Positions 29,162 through 39,397 of a stretch of 64,000 nt of DNA are shown here, piece after piece (position 1 is the first letter of the stretch; each line of letters opens with the position of its first letter). Made by a program: the position numbers and the translations under genes. Where the stretch lies: the NCBI GenBank assembly GCA_021818285.1, contig JAKAEO010000002.1:13363-77362 (forward strand), in the 5' to 3' direction. The notes below the pieces were generated by a model. The model made no database searches. It saw only the letters and a list, made by a program, of their open reading frames with translations, and was not told the DNA's origin. This DNA comes from Myxococcales bacterium (GTDB taxonomy: Bacteria > Myxococcota > Myxococcia > Myxococcales > Anaeromyxobacteraceae).

Positions 29162-30367
29162 ATGGCGAGACCCAGCCCGAAGCGAGCGGCCCGAGGGAGG
29201 CCCGCGGTGCCGCCGCGGGGGAAGGCGGCGCGCCCGCGGCCGGCCCGCGTGGCGGTGCTGGTGGCGACGCGCAAGGGCGCCTGGATCTTCCGCGGCGACG
29301 GGGCGCGCCGGAGCTGGCGCGCCGACGGGCCCCACTTCCTGGGCCACGTGCTGAACCACCTGGTCCTCGACCCGCGCGACGGGCGGACGCTGCTCGCCGC
29401 CGCCAAGACCGGCCACCTCGGCCCCACGGTGTTCCGCTCCTCCGACATGGGCCGGAGCTGGAAGGAGGCGGAGCGCCCGCCCGCCTTCCCCAAGGCGCCG
29501 GAGGGGGAGAAGGGCCGGGTCGTCGACCACACCTTCTGGCTCACTCCCGGCCACCCCGGCGAGCCGGGCACCTGGTACGCCGGCACCTCGCCCCACGGCC
29601 TCTTCCGCAGCGGCGACGGCGGCGCCACCTGGGAGCCGGTCTCCGGGCTGAACGACGACCCCCAGTACCGCGAGTGGATGGGCGGCGCGCAGGACGGCAC
29701 GCCCAACGGGCCCAAGCTGCACTCGGTCATCGTCGACCCGCGCGACCCGGCCCACCTCTACCTGGGCATGTCCAGCGGCGGCGTCCACGAGTCGCGCGAC
29801 CGGGGCGCGACCTGGTCGAAGCTCCTCCGCGGGCTCGAGGTGGTGGAGGGGTTCGACCCCTCCAGGGTCCAGTTCCACGACCCGCACTGCGTCCGGATCT
29901 GCCCGACCGCGCCGGACCGGCTCTGGCAGCAGAACCACTGCGGCATCTACCGGATCGACCGGCCCTCCGACGAGTGGGTGCGGGTCGGCCGGAACATGCC
30001 GGCGCGGGTCGGCGACATCGGCTTCCCCATGGTGGTCCACCCGCGGGACCCGGACAGCGCCTGGGTGTTCCCCATGGACGGCACCAGCGTCTGGCCGCGC
30101 ACCAGCCCCGAGGGGAAGCCGGCCGCCTACCGCACCCGGAACGGCGGCCGGAGCTGGACGCGCCTCGACGGCGGCCTCCCCCGCTCCGGCGCCTGGTGGA
30201 CGGTGAAGCGCCAGGCGATGGCCGCCGACGCCGGGGAGCCGGTCGGCCTCTACGTCGGCACCTCCAGCGGCGAGCTCTGGGCCAGCCGCGACGAGGGCCG
30301 GCGCTGGGGCTGCGTCGCCCGCCACCTGCCGGAGATCTACGCGGTGGAGGCCGCCGCCCTCGCCTAG
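29162..30367 (+). CDS. BNR/Asp-box repeat beta-propeller protein (sialidase-like / Ycf48-like fold)
   Basis: There are several S-x-D-x-G-x-T-W Asp-box motifs (SSDMGRSW, SGDGGATW, SRDRGATW, RNGGRSW). A GAGGAG RBS is present. Confidence 0.7.
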   Translation: MARPSPKRAARGRPAVPPRGKAARPRPARVAVLVATRKGAWIFRGDGARRSWRADGPHFLGHVLNHLVLDPRDGRTLLAAAKTGHLGPTVFRSSDMGRSWKEAERPPAFPKAPEGEKGRVVDHTFWLTPGHPGEPGTWYAGTSPHGLFRSGDGGATWEPVSGLNDDPQYREWMGGAQDGTPNGPKLHSVIVDPRDPAHLYLGMSSGGVHESRDRGATWSKLLRGLEVVEGFDPSRVQFHDPHCVRICPTAPDRLWQQNHCGIYRIDRPSDEWVRVGRNMPARVGDIGFPMVVHPRDPDSAWVFPMDGTSVWPRTSPEGKPAAYRTRNGGRSWTRLDGGLPRSGAWWTVKRQAMAADAGEPVGLYVGTSSGELWASRDEGRRWGCVARHLPEIYAVEAAALA

Positions 30368-30395
30368 GCGGGGCCGGGGGACGGCGAGGCGCCGC

Positions 30396-30653
30396 GTGAA
30401 GGTGCTGATCCCGAGCCCGCTGCGCTCCTACACCGGGGAGCGCGAGGTCGAGGCCTCCGGCGGGACGCTGGCGGCGGTGCTCGCCGACCTCGACCGGCGC
30501 CACCCCGGCCTCCGCTTCCGGATCGTGGACGAGCAGGACCGGATGCGCCCCCACGTGCGCTTCTTCGTCAACGGGGAGCAGGTCTTCGACCTCGGCCGGC
30601 CCCTCGCTCCGTCCGACGAGCTCCAGATCGTCCAGGCGCTGAGCGGCGGCTGA
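30396..30653 (+). CDS. MoaD/ThiS/CysO-family sulfur-carrier (ubiquitin-like) protein ending in GG
   Basis: 85 aa, MKVLIPSPLRSYTGERE...FVNGEQV...DELQIVQALSGG; the beta-grasp signature and C-terminal Gly-Gly are present. Confidence 0.75.
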   Translation: MKVLIPSPLRSYTGEREVEASGGTLAAVLADLDRRHPGLRFRIVDEQDRMRPHVRFFVNGEQVFDLGRPLAPSDELQIVQALSGG

Positions 30654-30717
30654 CCTCCCGGGGCGCGTCAACGGCGTCCGCCCACCGGGGCGCCTCTCGG
30701 GTATAAGGGGCGCCGGG

Positions 30718-31866
30718 ATGCTCGAGATCGTCGAATGCCCGGTGAATTTGGCCCTCCCGGTCGGCCAGCACCGCCACTGCCTGCTGGCGCAGATCCCGGT
30801 CCACCTGCGGCGCGGCGAGGGCGGGTACACGGTCGCCGATGCGGCGGCGCAGTGGCGCCTGGTGCAGTCGGTGCTGGACACCGTCGGCGAGCACGAGGCC
30901 TCCTTCCGCAAGCTGGACTTCCTGGTCTTCCCGGAAGGTTGCCTGCCGCTGGCCCACCTCGACGACATGCTCGCGGCGGTCGGCCGGCTGCGCAACAACA
31001 CCGTGACCATGTTCGGCCTGGAGCACGTCCCGCTCCGCGCCTACCGCGAGCTGCTCGGGCGCCACGCCGCCGACAACCGCGAGGCCCTGGGCCTGCTGGA
31101 CCGGGACAGCGCGGCCCACGACGCCGGCGCCAAGCCGGTGAACGTCTGCTGCATCGCGGTGAAGGAGGACGACGGCCGGTTGCGCGTCTTCCTCGAGGCC
31201 AAGGGCCACCCGTTCCACGGGGAGGAGTTCCTCGACAAGGACCGGGACCTGTACCAGGGGCGGCACGTCTACCTCTTCCGCAGCCACGCCGCCTTCAACT
31301 TCATGGTCCTGATCTGCCTCGACTACCTGTACCGGGACCTCTACTCCTCCAACATCCGGCGGATCGTCGACCACGCCAACCAGATGTACTTCACCAGCCG
31401 GCAGGGGCTCGACGTGCTCTTCGTGGTGCAGTGCAACCCCAAGCCGGAGCACCCCGCCTACCGGGAGATCCTCAGCGGCTTCTACGGGGAGTACCTGGAG
31501 GACACCCCGGGGGTGCGCGAGACGGCCACGGTCTTCGGCAACTGCTCGGAGGAGAGCGTGGTCGAGGCCTCGGGGCGGCGCAGCCGCTTCGGCTGCTCCT
31601 CGGTGGTGATCGGCCGGCGCCACAAGCTGGCGCGGGTGCAGATGCCGGAGTTCTCCACCGACGACCTCCACGGGGCGCCGCTGGGCCGGCTGCGCTTCGG
31701 CACCGGCACGCGGCTCTACTACCTGAACCTCCCGCTGCACCACGAGCTGGATCCCCGCTCCTACCGCATCCCGCTGAAGGTGCACGCCATCCTGCGCCCC
31801 GCCGGCGACGCCTGGGTCAGGCTCAGCGGCGAGGAGATGCTGCAGGGGCTCGCGGCGGACGAGTAG
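30718..31866 (+). CDS. Carbon-nitrogen hydrolase (nitrilase-superfamily)-like protein with a roughly 100-aa C-terminal extension
   Basis: A candidate Glu-Lys-Cys triad is visible: LVFPEG (Glu), EAKGHPFHGEEF (Lys) and MVLICLDYLY (Cys), at the spacing typical of the nitrilase fold. Confidence 0.55.
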   Translation: MLEIVECPVNLALPVGQHRHCLLAQIPVHLRRGEGGYTVADAAAQWRLVQSVLDTVGEHEASFRKLDFLVFPEGCLPLAHLDDMLAAVGRLRNNTVTMFGLEHVPLRAYRELLGRHAADNREALGLLDRDSAAHDAGAKPVNVCCIAVKEDDGRLRVFLEAKGHPFHGEEFLDKDRDLYQGRHVYLFRSHAAFNFMVLICLDYLYRDLYSSNIRRIVDHANQMYFTSRQGLDVLFVVQCNPKPEHPAYREILSGFYGEYLEDTPGVRETATVFGNCSEESVVEASGRRSRFGCSSVVIGRRHKLARVQMPEFSTDDLHGAPLGRLRFGTGTRLYYLNLPLHHELDPRSYRIPLKVHAILRPAGDAWVRLSGEEMLQGLAADE

Positions 31867-31920
31867 CCCGGACTGGTCGGCGGGGGTGCGGTGGTGCCGC
31901 CTTTCGGCTAGAAGATCGGG

Positions 31921-32589
31921 ATGGACGCGCCGACGCCGAGCCTCGCCCCGACCGCCACCCTCGACTTCCAGCACCCCGCCGTCGCCGCGTTCACGCGGCG
32001 CCACGCCGGCGGGGGCGGCGCCCGGGAACGGGCCGTCCGGCTCTACTACGCGGTCCGGGACGGCATCCGCTACGACCCCTACGCCTTCCGGCTCTCGGCC
32101 GGGTGGCTGGCCGCCAGCCGGACCCTCCAGGCCGGCGCCGCCTGGTGCGTGCCCAAGGCGATCCTGCTCGCCGCCAGCTGCCGCGCCGAGGGGATCCCGG
32201 CGCGGCTCGGCTTCGCCGACGTGCGCAACCACCTCGCCACCGAGCGCCTGCGGAAGCTCATGGGGAGCGACCTCTTCCTCTGGCACGGCTACGTCTCGCT
32301 GCTCCTCGACGGGCGCTGGGTGAAGGCCACCCCGGCCTTCAACATCGAGATGTGCCGGCGCTTCGACGTGCTGCCGCTGGAGTTCGACGGGACCGCCGAC
32401 TCGCTCATGCAGCCCTACGACGCCCGGAGCCGGCGCCACATGGAGTACGTGCGCGACCGCGGCCTCTACGACGACCTGCCGCTCGAGGAGCTGGCCGCCG
32501 ACCTGCGCGCCGCCTACCCGGGGCTGGTGGCCGCCGCCGAGCAGCCGGCGGGGAGCTTCGAGCGGGAGGCGGTCCGCCGCGAGCCCTGA
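31921..32589 (+). CDS. Transglutaminase-like superfamily cysteine peptidase/ligase domain protein
   Basis: The GAAWCVPKAILLAASCRAEGIPAR core (nucleophilic Cys) is followed by a downstream HGYVSL... His motif. 222 aa. Confidence 0.65.
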   Translation: MDAPTPSLAPTATLDFQHPAVAAFTRRHAGGGGARERAVRLYYAVRDGIRYDPYAFRLSAGWLAASRTLQAGAAWCVPKAILLAASCRAEGIPARLGFADVRNHLATERLRKLMGSDLFLWHGYVSLLLDGRWVKATPAFNIEMCRRFDVLPLEFDGTADSLMQPYDARSRRHMEYVRDRGLYDDLPLEELAADLRAAYPGLVAAAEQPAGSFEREAVRREP

Positions 32590-33504
32590 TCAGCGGGCGG
32601 CCGGACGCCCCTCCACCAGCCTCCGCCGGGCCAGCTCGATCCAGGCGCGGGTGGCGGGCGGGAGGTGCCGGTCGCGGCGCCAGATGAGCGCCACGTCCCA
32701 GGGGATGGGCGGCCCTTCCAGGGCGACGGCACGCACCCGGCGCCGGTCCAGCTGCCGGCAGATGGTCCCGGGGAGGAAGGCGGCGCCGATGCCGGCCGCC
32801 ACCAGGCCGACGATGAAGTCCCAGTGGGAGCTCTCGCACACCACCCGGGGCTCGAAGCCGCGCCGCCGGCAGGCGTCGAGCACGTGGCCGTGGAGGGCGA
32901 ACTCGGGCCGGTAGAGGACGAAGGGGGTGTCGCGCAGCGCCTCGAGCGGCAGCGTCCGCCTCCCGGCCAGCGGGTGGGCCGGGTGGAGGGCGGCCCGCAG
33001 CTCGTCGCGGGCGAAGGGCAGCGCGTCGAAGGTGCGCTCGTCGGTGGGGAGCACCAGGCCGCCCACGTCCAGCTCCCGCTCCTGGACCAGGGCCTCGATG
33101 CGGCGCGACCCCTCCTCGCGCAGCTCCAGCACGATGCCGGGGTGGGCCCGGTGGAACTCGGCCAGCAGCGGCGGCAGGAAGGTCACGCCCACCATGGGCG
33201 GCACGCCGATGCGCAGCCGCCCGCGCCGGAGCTTCGCGACGCCGGCCACCTCCTCCTCGATGGCCCGCAGCGCGTCGAGCACGCCCTGGGCCCGCTCCAG
33301 CACCATCCGCCCGGCGTCGGTGGGCCGGACCCGGCGCCGGTCGCGCTCCAGCAGCGGCGCCCCCAGCTCCTCCTCCAGCGCCTTCACCGCCTTGCTCACC
33401 GCCGGCTGGGTGAGGTGCAGCGCCTGGCCGGCGCGGGTGAAGCCCTCGCGCCGGGCCACCTCGACGAAGGTGCGCAGTCCCTGGATCTCCACGTGGACCT
33501 CCAT
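32590..33504 (-). CDS. LysR-family transcriptional regulator
   Basis: The HTH is LRTFVEVARREGFTRAGQALHLTQPAVSKAVKALEEELG; a LysR substrate-binding domain follows. Confidence 0.85.
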   Translation of the reverse strand: MEVHVEIQGLRTFVEVARREGFTRAGQALHLTQPAVSKAVKALEEELGAPLLERDRRRVRPTDAGRMVLERAQGVLDALRAIEEEVAGVAKLRRGRLRIGVPPMVGVTFLPPLLAEFHRAHPGIVLELREEGSRRIEALVQERELDVGGLVLPTDERTFDALPFARDELRAALHPAHPLAGRRTLPLEALRDTPFVLYRPEFALHGHVLDACRRRGFEPRVVCESSHWDFIVGLVAAGIGAAFLPGTICRQLDRRRVRAVALEGPPIPWDVALIWRRDRHLPPATRAWIELARRRLVEGRPAAR

Positions 33505-33623
33505 GAATCGTGGTTATGCTCATCATAGCGACAATGCATTTCCTTTATGGACGGGAATCGGCGAGGTTGCCGCGCCGTGGGGAGCGCACCGCTCCCCGGA
33601 GAAGGGACGCGAGGAGCGACACC

Positions 33624-33815
33624 ATGTGGACGAACGCAGCCCGCCGCGACCACGACCTGCGCAGCGCCCGGGAGGTGGCCCGGTCCGTGGCCCGGGTGGG
33701 CCAGGCCCGCCGGGCCGCCGAGCGGGCGACGCACAGCCGCGGCCCCGACATCTTCCAGCTCGCCGCCAGCCCCTTCCCCGACGCCTGCGCCGAGCACCAC
33801 GCCTGGCCGGTCTGA
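33624..33815 (+). CDS. Possible small protein (63 aa) in the LysR / dienelactone hydrolase divergent region
   Basis: A GAGGAG RBS sits 6 nt before the ATG. The composition is Arg/Ala-rich, so this may be spurious. Confidence 0.25.
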   Translation: MWTNAARRDHDLRSAREVARSVARVGQARRAAERATHSRGPDIFQLAASPFPDACAEHHAWPV

Positions 33816-33968
33816 GCGGGACCGGCCCGGCACGGCCCCGCGCGCGGCCGTCCGGGCACCCTGGCCCCGATGGGGCCTGACCCGCCCGCGCGCTGCCCGC
33901 GTCCGCTCCTCGCGCCACCTTGCCCCGGGCGACGGCGCCTCCGCCGTCCGGGAGGCGAGGAGCGATCC

Positions 33969-34643
33969 ATGGGCGCGATGATCGAGTTCCCCCGCGTCGA
34001 CGGCCGGCCGGCCCGGGGCTACCTGGCCGAGGCGCGGGACGCGAAGGCGCCGGGCGTGGTCGTCATCCAGGAGTGGTGGGGGCTGCAGGGGCAGATCAAG
34101 TCGATCTGCGACCGGCTCGCCGGGGAGGGCTTCCACGCCCTGGCGCCGGACCTCTTCGGCGGCAAGGTGGTGCCGTACCACGACGCCGCCGCGGCCAGCG
34201 CCGCGATGCAGGCGCTCGACTTCCAGGACGCCACCGGCCAGGCGGTCCGCGGGGCGGTCCGCCACCTCAAGGCGCGCGGCGGCAAGGTCGGCCTCACCGG
34301 CTTCTGCATGGGCGGCGCCGTCACCGTCATCGGCGCGGCGCACATCCCCGAGCTGGACGCGGCGGTGTGCTTCTACGGCCTGCCGCCCGAGAGCGTGGCC
34401 GCCCCGGGGGACCTCCGGGTGCCCTTCCAGGGCCACTTCGCCGCCCACGACGACTGGGTCACCCCGGCGCTGGTGGACGCCTTCGAGAAGAAGCTGAAGG
34501 CGGCCGGGAAGCGGGCGGAGATCTTCCGCTACCCCGGCAGCCACGCCTTCATGAACTCCGACCGGAAGGAGGTCTACGACGACGGCGCGGCCCGGCAGGC
34601 CTGGGACCGCTGCGTCGCCTTCTTCCGGAAGAACCTGGCCTGA
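33969..34643 (+). CDS. Dienelactone hydrolase family protein
   Basis: VVVIQEWWGL...GFCMGG (nucleophile elbow)...HAF. A GGAGG RBS is present. Confidence 0.85.
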   Translation: MGAMIEFPRVDGRPARGYLAEARDAKAPGVVVIQEWWGLQGQIKSICDRLAGEGFHALAPDLFGGKVVPYHDAAAASAAMQALDFQDATGQAVRGAVRHLKARGGKVGLTGFCMGGAVTVIGAAHIPELDAAVCFYGLPPESVAAPGDLRVPFQGHFAAHDDWVTPALVDAFEKKLKAAGKRAEIFRYPGSHAFMNSDRKEVYDDGAARQAWDRCVAFFRKNLA

Positions 34644-34646
34644 CCG

Positions 34647-37622
34647 CTAGACCGCGGCGATGAAGTCCCCGCCGCGGTTGCGCTCCTCCTCGGGCTCGCG
34701 CGGCTCGACGTCGTAGAGCTTCTCGTAGGGCGACATCACCACCGCCTTGAGGTGCTCCAGCGTCCGGGAGCGCCGCTCGCGCTCCACCTCGCGCGGATCC
34801 ACCGGGACGAACTTCTCGTCCGGGGTGATCTTGAAGAGCGGCTGGCCCTTCTGCACCACCGTGCCGTCCGGCCCCGTCATCAGGACCCTGTCGATGGTCC
34901 CGGAGAAGGGGGCGCGGACGGTGTTGAACATCTTCATCACCTCGATGATGTAGAGCGGCTGCCCCTTGTCGAAGTGGGCCCCCTCGGCGACGAAGGGCGG
35001 GCGTCCCGGCGCTTCCTGCCGGTAGAGCATGCCGCCGAACGGCGCCACCAGCTCGTCGGCCTTGGTGGCCGGCGGCGGGACCAGCACCTTCTTCATCCGG
35101 GCCTGGAGGTCCGGGTCGGCGAGGTGCGCCGGGATCACCACCTCCAGGTCCGGCTCCACCCGGAAGTCGAAGAACTTCACCCGCTCGGCCAGCATGAAGA
35201 GCAGGCCGATGAGCTCGTTGCCGGCCTCGTAGCCCAGGTGGGCGGCGCGGATGCGGGCCCAGGTGGCGGCGTCGTACCCCCCCTGCGGCTCCTCGTTCTT
35301 CAGGATGTCGTTGAGCTTGTAGAACTCCTCGCGGCGCAGCCCGAAGGTCTTGCGGAGCGCCACGTAGAAGCGGATCGACGTCTGCAGCAGCTCGTGGTCG
35401 TGCTGCCAGATCACCTCGGCGGCGGGCGCCTGGGGATCGTGGGCCATGTTCAGGTACTCGTAGGTGTCGTTCAGCACCCCGAGCGGGTTGCGGATCCAGA
35501 ACACCTTCCCGCCGTCGATCCGGTAGTTCTTGCGGTTGAGCGCGAGCCAGCCGGAGAGCAGGTGCGGCTCCTCCAGCAGCCGGTCGATGGCCCGGGTGAG
35601 CAGCGTGCCCTTCCGGTCGATCACCGCCGCCATGGCCTTGGCGGCGGCCGGGTCGCCGCCGGTCTCGGCCGCCACCTGCGCCAGGTAGTGCTTCTTCATC
35701 TCGGCGAAGGCGAAGGCGGTGTCGATCTTGTTCGCCTCGTCCTTGAGCTGCCCCACCAGCGTGAGGTACGGCACCACGAAGCGGGTGGTGGGCTTGGCCA
35801 TCACGTTCTGGCCGATGAACCAGTTCACCAGGCCGTAGTGGAAGTCCAGGTTGGTGGCGAGGCCCACGCCGCGCAGCGAGGTGCGGGCCAGCACCCGGGA
35901 GAGCTGCTGGTAGCTGGCGAGCCGGTCGTCGGCCCGGGTGAGCAGCAGGGCGATGTTGGAGTCGTAGGCGCCCGCCACCCGGTAGCGCATGAACATCCCG
36001 GTGTCGGGGTTGGGCATGCTGATGCCCTGGTCGTCGCGGATCTCCCCCTCGATGGGCTTGGACCAGAAGCGGATCAGCCCGCCGGCGTGCGGGGAGAGCG
36101 ACGAGTCGGTGGCGTTGAGCCGGGCCTCGGCGGCGGCGCCGAACCGCGGGACGCGGGTGGGCCGGGGCAGCCGCGCCTTGTGGCGCGCCAGCAGCGCCAT
36201 GGCCTCCACCAGCGACTCGACCACGAAGGAGTCGTCCGGGTCGTCGGGGTTGGTGAACTTCAGCGAGTAGCAGAGCTCGGTGACCCGGTGCTCCACCTGG
36301 ATGCGGGTGTTCACCTCCATGAAGTAGTAGCGGTCCCGGTCGACGATGCACTCGAAGGTGGAGGCCGAGTCGAGCCCCACCGCCTGGCCGAAGCGGGCGG
36401 CGTCCTCCTCCATGCGCTTCAGGATCCCCAGGTCCACCTCGAGGGCGGCCGCCTCCTCCTGGCGCCCCGCCTTGCGGGCCCGGGCGACGGCCGCGGCCAG
36501 CCCCTCCTGCGTCACCGAGATCTCCAGCAGCTTCTGCTCGTGCATCTGCAGCGAGCAGTCGCGGCCGCCCAGCGAGACGCACCAGCTGCCGTTGCCGAGC
36601 AGCTGGATCTCGTTGTGGCGGGTCTGCTCGATGTTCAGCTCGATGAGGACGTTCTTGTTGTCGCCGACCCCGGTGGCCTTCACCTCGTTCAGCACCTCGC
36701 GGACCATCGCCGGGGCCTCGGCGGCCGCCGCCTCGACGGCCTTGGCGTCGGGCTTCCTGGTGCCCAGCAGGCTGGCGCCGAGGATGCGCTGCCCCTTCCC
36801 GCCGCCGCCGCCGATGGCCTTGAGCCGCACCCGGCTGGCCGGGTGCTCGCGGAACATCGCGGCCACCTCCCGCTGCACCTGCGCCCCCAGCTCGTCGATG
36901 GTGTAGAGGTCGATCCCCTTGGCGTAGGAGGCCATCAGCACGTGGTCGGCGAGCTGCTCCAGGGGGAGCTTCTCGTCGGCCAGCACCTTCGGGTCGCAGG
37001 CCAGCCCCTCGGCCTCGGCCAGCGCCAGCAGCTGCTTGCGGGTCTTGTGCTTGGCCACCAGGGTGCGGGCGGCGACGTCGTTGACGCCCGGGGTGACGCT
37101 GACCTTCACCTCCAGCGCGGTGCGCTTGGCCTCGTCCTTCTTGCCGGCCCGCGCCTGGGTGCCCGAGTTGGGGCCGATGAACTTCAGGCCGGCCTTCTCG
37201 ATGGTGGCGACGAACTCCTCGTCCTCGGCCATGAAGCCGTACCCGGCGAAGACCGAGTCGTAGCCGTTGTCGCGGGCGATCTGGACGATCTGCTGCATCC
37301 GCTCGACCCGCTCCTCCTTGGTGGCGCCGCTGTAGTCGGGGACGCGGTGGACCCGGCTGGTGTCGGTGAGCTGGCGCAGCTCCGGGGCCAGGGCGTTGGG
37401 GTAGACGATGGAGTCCTTCTCGGAGAGCAGGATCCCGTAGTGGCGGATCCCCATCTCCTCGAAGACGTCCATGGCCTCCTTGCGGATGGGGCCGCGGCAG
37501 ACGATGAGGGGCTTCAGGTCCTCGCAGGCGAAGGAGCGCACCCAGGCCGAGGAGGCGTTCGCCAGCCGGCGGTCGCGGTGGGTGAGCGGGTTGTTCCGGT
37601 ACCAGTCCAGGGTGGAGGCCAT
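34647..37622 (-). CDS. Biotin-dependent acyl-CoA carboxylase alpha-type subunit: biotin carboxylase (ATP-grasp) fused to a C-terminal biotin-carrier (BCCP) domain, unusually long at about 991 aa
   Basis: The biotin carboxylase active-site region is GRDCSLQMHEQKLLEISVTQE. The C-terminal biotinyl-Lys motif is IIEVMKMFN. An approximately 300-aa linker/insertion separates the two domains. Confidence 0.8.
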   Translation of the reverse strand: MASTLDWYRNNPLTHRDRRLANASSAWVRSFACEDLKPLIVCRGPIRKEAMDVFEEMGIRHYGILLSEKDSIVYPNALAPELRQLTDTSRVHRVPDYSGATKEERVERMQQIVQIARDNGYDSVFAGYGFMAEDEEFVATIEKAGLKFIGPNSGTQARAGKKDEAKRTALEVKVSVTPGVNDVAARTLVAKHKTRKQLLALAEAEGLACDPKVLADEKLPLEQLADHVLMASYAKGIDLYTIDELGAQVQREVAAMFREHPASRVRLKAIGGGGGKGQRILGASLLGTRKPDAKAVEAAAAEAPAMVREVLNEVKATGVGDNKNVLIELNIEQTRHNEIQLLGNGSWCVSLGGRDCSLQMHEQKLLEISVTQEGLAAAVARARKAGRQEEAAALEVDLGILKRMEEDAARFGQAVGLDSASTFECIVDRDRYYFMEVNTRIQVEHRVTELCYSLKFTNPDDPDDSFVVESLVEAMALLARHKARLPRPTRVPRFGAAAEARLNATDSSLSPHAGGLIRFWSKPIEGEIRDDQGISMPNPDTGMFMRYRVAGAYDSNIALLLTRADDRLASYQQLSRVLARTSLRGVGLATNLDFHYGLVNWFIGQNVMAKPTTRFVVPYLTLVGQLKDEANKIDTAFAFAEMKKHYLAQVAAETGGDPAAAKAMAAVIDRKGTLLTRAIDRLLEEPHLLSGWLALNRKNYRIDGGKVFWIRNPLGVLNDTYEYLNMAHDPQAPAAEVIWQHDHELLQTSIRFYVALRKTFGLRREEFYKLNDILKNEEPQGGYDAATWARIRAAHLGYEAGNELIGLLFMLAERVKFFDFRVEPDLEVVIPAHLADPDLQARMKKVLVPPPATKADELVAPFGGMLYRQEAPGRPPFVAEGAHFDKGQPLYIIEVMKMFNTVRAPFSGTIDRVLMTGPDGTVVQKGQPLFKITPDEKFVPVDPREVERERRSRTLEHLKAVVMSPYEKLYDVEPREPEEERNRGGDFIAAV

Positions 37623-37672
37623 CGGTCTCGTTCTCCCGTCGGGATGGTGGGGGCCGTGCGGTCCGCCCGGGC

Positions 37673-39397
37673 TCAGTGGAACTCGCGCTGCGGGCCGGTC
37701 ATCGGCCCCGGCTTGTAGTGGCGCAGCAGGAAGTGGAGGTTCTTGCCCAGCACCTCGCGCAGGTCGGTGGGCATCACCAGCGAGGAGATGGAGCCGAGGG
37801 CCAGGCCCTCCTTCGGGTTCATCAGCTCCTTCTCGTAGCGCCGGTTCAGGGCCGCCTCCTGCCCCTTGAGCCACTCGGCCGCCTCCTTCTCCGCCTCCTT
37901 CCTGGCGGCGGCGCCCTCCATGCCGGCGGCGGTGCGCTCCTGCGTGCCCTTCTTCACCATCTCGGCGGCGGCGCCGCGGGCCTTGCGCAGCTCGTCCTTG
38001 TAGATGAACTCCTTGCCGGCCGGCCCCATCACCGCCAGGCGGGTGGTGGGGAGCGCCAGCACCAGGTCGGCGCCGGTGGGGTAGTTGTTGTAGGAGGCGT
38101 AGGCGCCGCCGAAGGCGTTGCGGAGGATCAGCAGGATGCGCGGGGTGCGCACGTCCACGATGGCGTCGAGCATCGAGCGGCCGGCCTGCACGATGCCCCG
38201 CGCCTCCTGCTCGCGGCCGGGGAGGAAGCCGGTGGTGTCCTCCATGAAGATGATGGGGATGTTGTAGATGTTGCAGAAGCGGACGAACCTGGCGATCTTC
38301 AGCGCCGAGTCGCAGTCGATCTGGCCCGAGGCCACCGCGCTGTTGTTCGCCACGAAGCCGACCACGTGGCCGCCCACCCGGCCGAAGGCGGTCACCACCT
38401 CCTTGGCGCGCTCCGGCTGCATCTCGAAGTAGTCGCCGTAGTCGCAGACCGCCTGGATGATGATCGACACGTCGAAGGGGGTGTTGAACCCGGTCGGCGA
38501 GTTGAAGGCCTTCTTCAGGAGCGTGTTGATCTCCCAGGTCTTGCGGTCGAGGGGATCGCTGGTCTCCTCGAAGGGCGGCGCCACCGCGTTGTTGTCGGGC
38601 AGGTAGGCGAGCAGCCGCACCGCCTGGCGCAGCGCCGCCAGCTCGTCGGCCACGGTGAGGTCGGCCACGCCCGAGGCGCCGTGGACCTTGGGGCCGCCCA
38701 GCTCCTCGGGGGTGATGTCCTCGCCCAGCACCGACTTCACCACGCCCGGGCCGGTGAGGCCGAAGAAGGTGTCGGCCGGCTGGATCACGAAGCTGCCCTG
38801 GCGCGGCAGGTAGGAGCCGCCGCCGGCGTTGAAGCCGAACATGCACATGATCGAGGGCACCACGCCGCTGATCTTCCGCAGCGCCGTGAAGGCCTCGGCG
38901 TAGCCGTCGAGCCCGCCCACCCCGGCGGGCACGAAGGCGCCGGCGCTGTCGTTCATGCCGATGAGCGGGATGCCCTTCTCGCCGGCCAGCCGGAAGAGGC
39001 GCGCCAGCTTGTTGCCGTTGGTGGCGTCCATCGACCCGGCGCGCACCGTGAAGTCGTGGCCGTAGCAGGCCACGTCGCGGCCGCCGACGTTCAGCACCGC
39101 GGTCACCAGCGAGGCGCCGTCCAGGTTCTTGCCCCAGTTCTGGTAGAGGACGATCGGGTCCTTGTCGGAGAGCACCCGCATCCGCTCCCAGACCGTCATC
39201 CGCTTCTTGGCGTGCTGCTTCTCGATCTGGTCGATGGGGATGGAGCGCAGCGGGCGCTGGACGAGGTCGTGCCCCTCCTTCATCACCTCCTCGTAGGGCC
39301 CGGTGGCGCGCGAGATCTCGCCGGGGATCGTGAACTCGACCTTCTCCTCGACGTCGAGGGGGTTCTGCAGGGTCGGCAGGATCGCCTTCTTCGACAT
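37673..39397 (-). CDS. Acyl-CoA carboxylase carboxyltransferase subunit (AccD/PccB family)
   Basis: 574 aa with tandem crotonase-like carboxyltransferase domains (...[15 protein letters not shown]..., ...[13 protein letters not shown]...). An RBS is present. It is co-operonic with the biotin carboxylase/BCCP gene. Confidence 0.85.
   Translation of the reverse strand: MSKKAILPTLQNPLDVEEKVEFTIPGEISRATGPYEEVMKEGHDLVQRPLRSIPIDQIEKQHAKKRMTVWERMRVLSDKDPIVLYQNWGKNLDGASLVTAVLNVGGRDVACYGHDFTVRAGSMDATNGNKLARLFRLAGEKGIPLIGMNDSAGAFVPAGVGGLDGYAEAFTALRKISGVVPSIMCMFGFNAGGGSYLPRQGSFVIQPADTFFGLTGPGVVKSVLGEDITPEELGGPKVHGASGVADLTVADELAALRQAVRLLAYLPDNNAVAPPFEETSDPLDRKTWEINTLLKKAFNSPTGFNTPFDVSIIIQAVCDYGDYFEMQPERAKEVVTAFGRVGGHVVGFVANNSAVASGQIDCDSALKIARFVRFCNIYNIPIIFMEDTTGFLPGREQEARGIVQAGRSMLDAIVDVRTPRILLILRNAFGGAYASYNNYPTGADLVLALPTTRLAVMGPAGKEFIYKDELRKARGAAAEMVKKGTQERTAAGMEGAAARKEAEKEAAEWLKGQEAALNRRYEKELMNPKEGLALGSISSLVMPTDLREVLGKNLHFLLRHYKPGPMTGPQREFH

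Noticed and set aside
34752-37718. 988-aa plus-strand ORF opposite the carboxylase gene
   Set aside because: It is antisense to a gene with unmistakable biotin-carboxylase and biotinyl motifs, and the translation is Gly/Arg/Leu/Val-rich with no motifs.
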